From Candidatus Omnitrophota bacterium (GTDB lineage Bacteria; Omnitrophota; Gorgyraeia; Zapsychrales; JAHFFX01), in contig JAHFFW010000002.1 of assembly GCA_023247725.1 (NCBI GenBank), positions 160 through 64,159 of the forward strand: a stretch of DNA of 64,000 nucleotides, given 5' to 3'. Positions 50,801 through 59,400 of this stretch are shown piece after piece (position 1 is the stretch's first letter; each line of letters opens with the position of its first letter). The position numbers and the translations under genes were made by a program. The notes under the pieces are model-generated. The model did not search any database and was not told the DNA's origin. It saw nothing but the letters and a program-made list of their open reading frames with translations.

Positions 50801-52987
50801 TTTGATGCCCCTCACGTTATACCGGATTGGGATAAGGCTTTAGCGTTGGAGGCTTGCAGGCAGAATGCAGGGCCGGATTCATGCGGGGTTAAATATACCA
50901 CGTGTGCGAACAACGAAGCTCAATGCGAGCTCGATGTGCAGAATTGCAATAACTGCCTTACAGGCACCATCCCTCCAGGCTGTGATCTTCAAAGGACCCA
51001 ATGTAACAGTAATTGCACCCGGTGCTGGAATACCGCTTACGTACCCTGCTATAACAGCTGCAATACGAGCTGTACAAATTTTCCTTGCCCAAGTGATCCG
51101 TCATGCTCAACACCAAATCCGGCGTATTGTTGTGATCCAGCTAATTATTATAAGCCTTACCCCGATTGCTCGACATATTGCGCTCAGGGCTGCTCCTGTA
51201 ATCCCGGATACTCGAACTGCTCTGACTATTGTCAGGCATTCTACATTAGCTGCTTTTCAGGATGTACGGGGGGGTGTTCTCCAAGTCTTTGGGCTGGCTG
51301 TGCAAATAGAAAGGCTGGGGGAAGCTGTGATGGCAGTCCACCTCATTCTTGCGCGTGTAATGAACAAGCGTGCCGCGATCAGGCCCAATGTACCATCACG
51401 GTGGGCAGTTATACCGCCAATAAAGACTGCGATGATATTGTGATGAGGACTTGCCCCTGCACCGGCACTTATGAAACCTGTGCAGCCCTATGTCCTGACA
51501 AAGCCGCCTGCGAGGCAGCCTGTCTTGATATCGCTATTGATTCCTCCGTGGAATTGCCCGGCGTGCAATTACGGCCAGGCTTTCAACCCGACCCGGTTTG
51601 TTTAAAAAACTGCCGCGATATAAATAAAACCTGTCTGAATAATTGTCGAACTACATATCAAGACTGCATGGCAACAGATTCGGCCCTTCCCGGCCTTCCA
51701 TCGGGAGGATTCGTCGACTGCGCTTGCGGTGATGCCTATTGTTCCTTTGGCTGTAGTGACTGCCCGCCGGCGGGTGGTCCTAACTGTCAGTTGCAACAGG
51801 AAATCGATAATGCCTATGGAAGCTGTCTTCAGTGGGGTGACGGCAATCCCTTTTATGAGATGGTCTGGCGCTCGTGGATTTTGTCCCAGGGTGACTGCGT
51901 GGAGCAGGAACCTCAGCTGGCGTCACCCGACGGAGATGGGTTCTCACGTTGGGATTTTGATCCGCTCATTTATGACAGCTATCGCGAAGCCATCAGCCAA
52001 GTCGAAAAGTTCAAACACCGGGCAAAGTTTCTTCAAAAAGTGGATTTAGGGGCACGCAAGGTACTCCCCATGGCCGGACGCATCATGGATGAGTTCAAGA
52101 TGTTTGTCTACGGGCCGGATTTGAATTTTTCCATTAATGGGACGGTGGACAGCGGCGTGGAAAAATTGATTTGCCAGCGAAAAAGCCTGGAAGGGAGACT
52201 CACGCCCGGACAATGCGCCTGCGAAGTGATGGAAGACGGATCAACCCAGTGCGGCACCTTCTTCGGCAACGCCGGCGGCGGGACCGAATTGCCCTATCAT
52301 GTTGTTTATGGCTGGCAAAGCGAACGCCAGCCCGGAAAGGCGCGCGGGACCTGGCACTTTGTGCGCGTGGACGCCAAAATTCCCGGGCGCTGCAAGGGCC
52401 AATGCTATACCGATCGGGCGGCCGCCGAACAAAAAGCTGGAGTTCCCGTTGAGGAATTGGAGCCAGGATTTCCGATTGTCAAGTCCTATACCCGTCATTG
52501 GGGAACCCGGCGCTGCTATTCTCTCGGCGACAGTTTTGATAAGGTCAATACCTGCGACGATGAAGGAAAATATGACGATGCGAAGCAGTGCTTCCAAGGC
52601 GGGGTGGTTATGACCCAGGTTGTTCGTTATGATGAAGATGCGGATCTGTTGTTCAAATTTGCCAACAATTTCAATATTTGGAAGGCAAAATTTTTCCATC
52701 CCCAGGTGGGCCCGCCGATGGGATCGTTGGATAATTTGGAGAGCATCTGTCCTCCGCTCACGGACCCCGCCATCGGCGGCAATCCACCCATCGTCCAGAA
52801 AGGGGCTTTTATGCTGAATCGTGTCAGTGACAATGAGGCTTGTTGGAATACGGTTAAGTCCTATTTGAAGCGCGGCGTGGCCTCCAAAACGTGCGCCCAA
52901 TATTACTTCCATAATGAAACCCCGCGCGGGATGAATCTCAAATTTATTCCCTGTCCGGGGAGAATCACGGTTGATGACGTGAATTAA
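47813..52987 (+). CDS. 1724-aa TadG-like Cys-rich putative tip adhesin
   Basis: RSGGQVAVILIL....VLNLG TadG-like N-terminus, two extra TM helices, ~100 Cys by hand count. Confidence 0.75.
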   Translation: MIRFLHKIFAKFSRTKLRSGGQVAVILILITAIALILYAVVLNLGRISTHKTLVTMASSVGTSFLASEMASYAESMYQVQLGGEKGAKDDTSVCAFTGWFAALIKVALVVAALVIIIVTHGSGWMIAMAIIGLVVAGIGAFMQIAFIQPGITKLWNKQMADMSEPDNFVESGIRTALQAVVTDNEYVPDVYDQDLDRKTFAADGDKINRFAYYYTDRLSRHPSNDPRVAREFQKDLRRLLITLYLPADCSDPSNPSAHPCCFDPANNWKVLPSYCNQCCVFSDLDTRIDPNTGTFVKDEFGRRLYKNTARPQCCYDPLNEPGGAGTRAAPDTYYCGTTETCGNLNGNDKDPFNAATHPVAADPNDLRWIYDPFWEDERNFNVLSMRARIGRDDETKTYRLPFKGGYDFPPTMTPDALGVSPGDMWRLNDTKYWDLTTPITTELPDLNIFPFLYRLTWGVDLRDRTVYDAEMTPNTWPVGEPEKCHWYNMNQFFGGAPCPPPYSDDPVTMNTADLKGNLPLGYPVQLYLSLDPATLTYTKAGWVEGLGQGMCQGSACVSDKILNIPGLITKNDDCALDDAAHRDCDHALDPPWDCIQYYSWKPGADRYCNLNWPYFARCAKYGVCCFGDSEVECDCGDGVGGPNSALVASCSDEVPGKLRYISAPDPGDAWADDPLDEFIYGSGEFIAWAKAIVESSPQNLNENLRNWYSEAATWIEPGCPRPPCSSGFVNQLNPGALFRWIDQFDSYQRNLAFWLGMERRAGSRDELGDLCNEVWCVPGNPDGSVGDPTGKELRDICDAASCPAICPGVKKGGTETLLGVITDYVGEGAPRPTGSFFGVDAEGLPAVGNPTGVINCLNFNALDGDVIDPYTDPFTGQIFSDANDPANALSGNSAKFVRAWETCDETTTLMLPRSLLHPDRNFDTNEFVPPHHPKKRVDLGVNGQYSDPEFFKKCLDDCNPGPGSGDWGKYCEPATEYGEPTPFRGPAKATIPTYPVFDAPHVIPDWDKALALEACRQNAGPDSCGVKYTTCANNEAQCELDVQNCNNCLTGTIPPGCDLQRTQCNSNCTRCWNTAYVPCYNSCNTSCTNFPCPSDPSCSTPNPAYCCDPANYYKPYPDCSTYCAQGCSCNPGYSNCSDYCQAFYISCFSGCTGGCSPSLWAGCANRKAGGSCDGSPPHSCACNEQACRDQAQCTITVGSYTANKDCDDIVMRTCPCTGTYETCAALCPDKAACEAACLDIAIDSSVELPGVQLRPGFQPDPVCLKNCRDINKTCLNNCRTTYQDCMATDSALPGLPSGGFVDCACGDAYCSFGCSDCPPAGGPNCQLQQEIDNAYGSCLQWGDGNPFYEMVWRSWILSQGDCVEQEPQLASPDGDGFSRWDFDPLIYDSYREAISQVEKFKHRAKFLQKVDLGARKVLPMAGRIMDEFKMFVYGPDLNFSINGTVDSGVEKLICQRKSLEGRLTPGQCACEVMEDGSTQCGTFFGNAGGGTELPYHVVYGWQSERQPGKARGTWHFVRVDAKIPGRCKGQCYTDRAAAEQKAGVPVEELEPGFPIVKSYTRHWGTRRCYSLGDSFDKVNTCDDEGKYDDAKQCFQGGVVMTQVVRYDEDADLLFKFANNFNIWKAKFFHPQVGPPMGSLDNLESICPPLTDPAIGGNPPIVQKGAFMLNRVSDNEACWNTVKSYLKRGVASKTCAQYYFHNETPRGMNLKFIPCPGRITVDDVN

Positions 52988-53003
52988 AAAGCGAAAAGGT
53001 TGA

Positions 53004-53345
53004 ATGTCATTCGCAAGATTTCTTATGAAACGATTTGATTTTTTAACGAAAGGCGCTTCAACACTTGAATATGCCACGATGATCGTGGTCCTTATTGCGG
53101 TTATGTTGATCATGCAGAAGTATGTCTGGCAGGCGATCTCGGGTCGCTGGAGGGCGGCCGGTGATTCCTTTGGTTTTGGCCGGCAATACCTGCCCTCCAG
53201 AACAAAGGAATACGCCGTTTTTATGGTGAGCCCCGATCCGTCGAAAGATTTTTGGTACGATACGAATTGTGCGGAAAAAGCGGGTTGCTTGCCGGGAAAT
53301 CAAACGTGTTTTCAAGGATGTCTGAGCACCGTGACGCTCCCTTAG
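53004..53345 (+). CDS. Pilin-like protein
   Basis: KGASTLEY; AISGRWR..GDSFGFGRQY; Cys-rich tail. Confidence 0.8.
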   Translation: MSFARFLMKRFDFLTKGASTLEYATMIVVLIAVMLIMQKYVWQAISGRWRAAGDSFGFGRQYLPSRTKEYAVFMVSPDPSKDFWYDTNCAEKAGCLPGNQTCFQGCLSTVTLP

Positions 53346-53369
53346 TACAATGGAAAGAAAGGATAATGC

Positions 53370-54227
53370 ATGATTTTTATTATTATCGGAATGGTCTTTG
53401 GCGCCGTCGGGGTTCTTTGTTATGCGGCGGTTCCATTATTTTTGAATACCACGGTCGCCATTAGTCAGAGGCGGTCCCAAACGTTTGCCAATAAAATGCA
53501 GCGCGTGGTGATGAAGTCCGAAATTCAACGGATGTCGCAATTTTATGTGATCGCGCCGGTTCTGTTTGGCGCTCTTGGCTATTTTGTTTTACCTCCGGAG
53601 TTGAGGGTGATCGGTGTCGTGGTCGGCATCGTGCTCGGGTTCGTGGGCCCGAGCATCTACATCAAATTTTTGGTCAGACGCCGGAAGGATAAATTTAATC
53701 ACCAGCTCATCGATGCCTTGATGATCATGTCAAGTTCCTTTCGCGGGGGATTGAGTTTGATTCAGGCCATGGAGGCCGTCGTCGAGGAAATGCCCGACCC
53801 CATCAGCCAGGAAATTGGCACAGTTCTGAACGAAAATAAAATGGGTGTGTCTCTGGAAGAGGCCTTGAACCATTTGTATGAACGCATCCCTTCCCCGGCC
53901 CTGCAACAAACGATCACGGCCATTCTTTTGGCGAGGGAAACCGGGGGTAATCTGCCGGTTATTTTTTCCCGCATCGTCAATTCCATCCGGGAACACAATA
54001 AAATTCAGCAAAATATTGACACCTTGACTTTACAGGGAAAGATTCAGGGCTCGGTGATGAGTCTGTTGCCCATTGGTTTCGCTTTTATCGTTTATTCAAC
54101 TAACCCGAAATTTTTTGACAGCATGGTGAATACAGAAATGGGACGCATGCTCCTTGTCTATGCGGCGTTTTCGGAGTGCATCGGCGCTTACTTGATCTGG
54201 AAGATCAGTACGTTTAAGGATTTTTAA
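53370..54227 (+). CDS. tadB: Tad inner-membrane platform TadB
   Basis: QL.DAL.......GLSL.QA, P.PISQE, ETGGNL. Confidence 0.92.
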   Translation: MIFIIIGMVFGAVGVLCYAAVPLFLNTTVAISQRRSQTFANKMQRVVMKSEIQRMSQFYVIAPVLFGALGYFVLPPELRVIGVVVGIVLGFVGPSIYIKFLVRRRKDKFNHQLIDALMIMSSSFRGGLSLIQAMEAVVEEMPDPISQEIGTVLNENKMGVSLEEALNHLYERIPSPALQQTITAILLARETGGNLPVIFSRIVNSIREHNKIQQNIDTLTLQGKIQGSVMSLLPIGFAFIVYSTNPKFFDSMVNTEMGRMLLVYAAFSECIGAYLIWKISTFKDF

Positions 54228-54312
54228 TGAGCGCATAAGTTACGCGACTGCTAAGGAGCGTAACTTAGCGCGCGAATTAATCCCCGAAGGGGATAATGAA
54301 AAGGGATTGACT

Positions 54313-55203
54313 ATGATAACCGTCATTTTAATGATGATCTTCTTGTCCGTTTTCAGCTTTATCCTGGGTGTGGCGCCGGTGGATTGGGAGAATCGGCCGC
54401 GGCTGCATTTGTTTGGCGAGGAAATGATCCAGGCGAAACGAAAGAAAAGTCCTTTAACGCCAGTTCTAAGTTTGACGCGCAAGATCGCGCTCATTAACAA
54501 ACCCTTCACCATCGGGCATCTGGGTAAGAGGATTAGCCGGGATCTGGCCATGGCCAGGGTCAACCTCACTCCAGAAGAGTTCTTCTTTATTAAGGAAGTG
54601 ACGATCATCGGAACATTGGCTTTATCTTACCCTTACGTTGAACCGGATATGCTGGTGTTCTGGGTTCTCATTGGAATCGCCTTCGGGTATATGTTGCCCG
54701 AGTTTTGGTTAAAGGGAAAGATCAAGAAGGTCAGAAATACCATTGTTAAGGAATTGCCGGATTCCATCGATCTTTTGACACTGTGCGTTAATGCGGGATT
54801 AGATTTCATGTTGGCCCTCAAGTGGGTCGTGGAAAAATCACCGCCTTCGGTCATGATCAGTGAATTCAACACACTGATGCAAGAAATTAATCTGGGCAAA
54901 ACCCGTCGAGACGCCATCCGAGATCTTGCCACCAAATATGAATTGCCAGATTTATCCACCTTGGCCCGCACCCTCATTCAGGCGGATAAAATGGGAACAT
55001 CCGTAGCGGAGGCCTTAAATATTCTTTCCGAAGATATGCGGCTGGCCCGATTCCGTCGAGGCGAGCAATTGGCCTTGAAGGCCCCCCTTAAGATGCTTGT
55101 GCCTTTGCTGCTTTTTATTTTCCCGGTTGTGGGAGTTCTCGTCGCCGGGCCCATCTTTCTCGATTTTATTCAAAATAATCCTCTGCAAGGTCTCGCGCAG
55201 TAA
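54313..55203 (+). CDS. tadC: Tad inner-membrane platform TadC
   Basis: ELPD.IDLL.LCV.AGL, QA.KMGTS, K.LVPL.LFIFP. Confidence 0.92.
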   Translation: MITVILMMIFLSVFSFILGVAPVDWENRPRLHLFGEEMIQAKRKKSPLTPVLSLTRKIALINKPFTIGHLGKRISRDLAMARVNLTPEEFFFIKEVTIIGTLALSYPYVEPDMLVFWVLIGIAFGYMLPEFWLKGKIKKVRNTIVKELPDSIDLLTLCVNAGLDFMLALKWVVEKSPPSVMISEFNTLMQEINLGKTRRDAIRDLATKYELPDLSTLARTLIQADKMGTSVAEALNILSEDMRLARFRRGEQLALKAPLKMLVPLLLFIFPVVGVLVAGPIFLDFIQNNPLQGLAQ

Positions 55204-55224
55204 ACCCCGTAAAATTTCTAGATA

Positions 55225-55252
55225 AGCCGCGACTTCGTCGGCGGCTTTTTTT
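55225..55252 (+). terminator. Intrinsic terminator after tadC
   Basis: AAGCCGC-GACTTCGTCG-GCGGCTT followed by T-tract. Confidence 0.75.
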
Positions 55253-55783
55253 CTACGCGGTAAAATATTTTTTTTACCAATCCCGCATTGGTATTGAGAC
55301 AGGCTAATGCGGGTTTTTTACGACTTTATTTTCCCCCGAGAAAAAGATCCATTTTTTGCATGGATTACCTGGCGCAGCGAAGCCGCAACCAAAAGGAATT
55401 CGGTTATGGTTAGGATGCCCGTTTCGGGTTTCGGTGGCGTCTAGCGGCTTTTTAAAACCGTTACCGATGGACGCATAACGATACCGGGATCGTTACCGAT
55501 CAACGACAAACCAAAAACTTTGCTAAAAAAAAGTTTTATGCATTTGGCAATGCAGATTCCCAGAGTAATTGATTTTAAATCAAAAAGATCGGTAATGCAG
55601 GGTTAATCTATGTCCATTCTAATAAATAATGTCCATTAATAAAAAATTTTGAATTATGGTTTCAGAAATTTGAGGAAATGATGGAATGGAGACCCTTGCC
55701 GTGCTTCGCATAAAAAATTGTAAGCGCTGTTAATATCTCTTGGTCCTCCTTACACGGCATTTTTTTAAAACTCAATGAACCAC

Positions 55784-55851
55784 CCCGCAGCAAGCTGACG
55801 GGGTATCCACAGCAAACTGCCAAAAGGAAGCGCAGCAAGCTGCGGGGAATT
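55784..55851. repeat. Paired GCAGCAAGCTG palindromes (MITE/REP-like)
   Basis: ACCCCGCAGCAAGCTGACGGGGT and GCGCAGCAAGCTGCGGGGAATT. Confidence 0.6.
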
Positions 55852-56143
55852 ATACCCAAAGAGAATTAAACTTTGAATAAAAAAAATCTCACGCAAAATT
55901 AATATTTGGCAGTGGAAGTCAGGAATCGCGTGATTTTCCTGGTTGAAATTTTTTTGCGGTTTGTTTTGCCACGCTCGACGGAAAAAATTTAAAAAGATAA
56001 AAGTCATTTTAAAAAAATAGAAATTCCTTTACACGTTCGAAACAAAAAATCTCCCATTGGAGGTTATTTTTTTGATTTTTTTAAGAGACATGTAAGTTGT
56101 TGATATATTTAAACATTTATCTCTAAATTAGCTTGCCCCTGGC

Positions 56144-56172
56144 TTGTCACACTTTTACAATAATGTTATACT
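56144..56172 (+). promoter_or_regulatory. Sigma70 promoter of the giant gene
   Basis: TTGTCA-17 nt-TATACT with extended TG. Confidence 0.65.
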
Positions 56173-56490
56173 TTCACTGCATCGCCCGAGGGATCTCTTT
56201 CGAAGGGCATTTCCGACGGGAAAAATGAGAAACCCTCCTCTTTAATTCAAAAGGCTTTTTGAATTCCAACTGTTTTACCAAGCTCATACAAAATTGAATC
56301 GACCCCATCAAAACAACCAGCCGCTTCACTTAATTTTTGATAATACTAATACTACTTTAATTGACTGTTTGTTTTCGATGGGGAATTTGATTCGCAGCTG
56401 GCTCATCCTCCGAGCCTCAATGGTTTTTTGTCCTTACCGAATAGAGCCCGTATAGTCCAATTTAGATTGGACAATAATGGGATTAGGTGG

Positions 56491-59400
56491 ATGGATAACA
56501 GAATGGACAAAAAAGATCCTGCGATCGCTGAAGATGGCGAAAGTATCGAAAGTCCTATTAATGATTATATTGGACAATTAGATATCCATCTTAGCAAAGA
56601 GCGCAAGCGCTTCAAAAGCCGCTTTAAACAATGGATTCGAAATGTGGCTTTTGTGGTGGTCTTCGTTTTTACTCCGGAGCAGATCAGCTGGGCATTCAAT
56701 TACGACCCCACGGTTTTATGGCGCGATAAATTCGCTCACCAAGCCCAGGTTGCTTCCTCTGTGGCCTCTGCCGAAGAAATCTCCTCTGCCAATATTGCTG
56801 CCAGCGTTGAGCAGCTTCTCAACCAAATCGCCTACAAAGAAAAATCCCGCATCCAATTAAAGATCACCAATTCCGCCATCGCCAATTCCGAACTCAACAC
56901 TCGTGATCTGGCCATTGACTCGAATGTCTTTTTTACCAAAAACCGCATTAAAGAGATCTATGATTGGTTAAAAAGTCCCGACATCCATCCGCTTAATTGC
57001 GGTATTTATGCCCTTCGCGATATCCTTTCGAGCCACCAAATTGAAATTTCCCTCGAAGAGCTCTCCGTTGCGACCTTGATGGTCGATCTCATGAATAATA
57101 TCGTCCGTCCCGGCGAGGAAAAACTCAAGACCTCGCTTTACGCGATTAATAAAGTCGTCGATGCCTATGGACTGAATCTTGAGCCTTTTAAATTGGATCC
57201 CAAAAATGTTCTTAAAGTCAAGCCACCCTTCATTGCCAATTTTGGATCTGAACACTTTGTGACGGTCACTCGCTTCGAAGGCAATACAGTTTATTTTATG
57301 GACATTGGCCGTTCCATGTCTTTGCCTCAAGACGAGTTTGTTTCCCAGCTGAGCGGCTTTATCCTGGCGGCAGAACCCACCGACTTGGGAATCGCTTATG
57401 AGCCGGTTCCCGACCAGATGATGGCCTTCATCTGGGGCAATCGCTGGCACAGCCGGCACCATCTGCTTCCTGGCCTTATCAGCGGCAAATCACTGGCCAT
57501 CAGCACGGCCATCAATGTGGGCATGATGTTTGGCGGTGCCTGGCTTGGCTCTGTCACGATGGGAAAAAACTTTACCACTCTTTTAGAGATTGCTATGACG
57601 CTTGGACAGGGAGCAAGCATTCTTGGCGAAAGCGTCGCCACCATGTGTGTCATGGCGGGCAAGTGTAGTGCGAAGACTGCCTTTTTGCTCAATATGGGAA
57701 TCAGTGCCGGTATAACGATGGGCGTCAGTGCCATGGCTTCGGCGGGAGCCTTTGGGCCCTATAGCAATCCGACAAGTTCCGTCAGTGCCCTGACCCAGAT
57801 TAACGCCCTTCTCGATAAACTTGGTATCGTGGGAGACGTGATCCAGCACATTGCCGGGGGTTTCAGCCACATTGCTAAAATTTTTGGAAGATTTTTTGGT
57901 ATCGGTCAAGGAAGGATTTTTGCTCAAAGTCCTTTCGGTTCATTTTTACAAAATATGGGGATGATCGGGCCTCATCAAACTTTTGTTGGGCAAATATTAG
58001 AAGGGGTCGCCAAAGGGATAGGCTGGGGCTTTAAACAATTGGCCAAGGTCTTTGGCTATAAAGAAAAACCAGCGCCTTCGGTTGACCCGACCGCGACAGT
58101 TGATCCTACGGCCGTATTGGAAAAAGGAGTGGTCGTCAAAGCCGGGGCCGTCGTGGAATCCGATGTTGTTTTAAAATCCGGGGCGGTCGTCGAAGCCGGT
58201 GCCATTATCAAAACGGGAAGCGTAGTTGGATCTGGAGCCCATATTGGCGAACACGCGATGATCGGAGCTAATTCACAGATTGGCGCCAATGCAACTATTG
58301 CAACCGATGCCATCGTAGGAGCACACGCCGTGATCGAAAAAGGCGCTACTGTTATGGCAGGCGCGACGGTGAGAGCGCAGGCCCGAGTTTTAGCGGGCGC
58401 GACCGTCGGGGGGGGCGAAAACGTGCCCATGGGAGCAATATTTACCGGCGAAGTGGCCGAGAAAGTTGCCAATGTTGCCCAGATTAGTGTGGTCCAGGCC
58501 TTGGGTCGATTTGGCGTTGGGTTTACCAAGGGTTTTGCCTTGGGGGTTGGGGTGGGCTATGTTGAGTATGAAATCGCCCAGATGATCCAAGATGCCCTGG
58601 GGGAAGATGCAAACCCCATTATCGTTCAGACCATCCTCACGATTGGAACCTCGGTTGGCGGCGCTCTGGCGATGACGGCGATCACGCATTTTGCGGATAA
58701 GGCGTTCCATGTGGGTTACGGAAAATTGACCGGCGACGATAAAGCGAAGGCAAAGGCAACAGAGGCGGCTGAACAAAAGGCCATGCGAGCTACATATGTT
58801 TATCAGTCTAGTGAGTCTAATTTGGAAGACCCTAATGATGTTTTTGGCAAAGCGATACTCAAAATGGAGAGGGATGAATTCGTGTTCCAAAAGGAGTTCA
58901 GCAAAGTCAATTCCCAATTTAGTTTCATCGGTCAGTTGTTCGCGGCCTTTAAGGGTGAATTGCCTAATATTGTTGGTCAATTGAGCGGCATGGCTATTCG
59001 TCTTTTGGCTTATCGATTAGCCGGCGGAAAAAATGCGAAGAAAAATATTGCGGATGCGGATACGAATTTTTCCCAGGCCCTGGGCCAGATCGGCAACACC
59101 ATCGGTTCCTTGGGATATTCTGGGTTGAGTCCCGCAGCCCGTCGGCAGATGCAAGAAAAACAACAAACATCGTGGGGACGTTTGCTTCTTCGACGACTCA
59201 CGCAGGGCGCCCTTGCTGCAGCCCTGTATCTTGGCCTGGACAAAATTGAAGATGGGTTAATTAGAAATCAAGGTTTTTCGGGGCTGGGCCCAGGGATGGA
59301 TGCCTTGGAGGTCCGGGCATTGTTGTTTTTGGGGTCAGCGGTTGTGGTTGGCTTTTCTAAGGCCTTGACCCTGAAGCTGGTGGGATATTTTCCCGTTATA

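Noticed and set aside
50860-51830. Multiheme cytochrome or Fe-S protein
   Set aside because: No CxxCH motifs seen; exported context favours disulfides
54238-54269. AAGTTACGC..GCGTAACTTAG hairpin matching 11 nt of the IS inverted repeat
   Set aside because: Match is short, lacks TG/CA termini and TAGACAT units, and has no target duplication; more likely a REP-like hairpin
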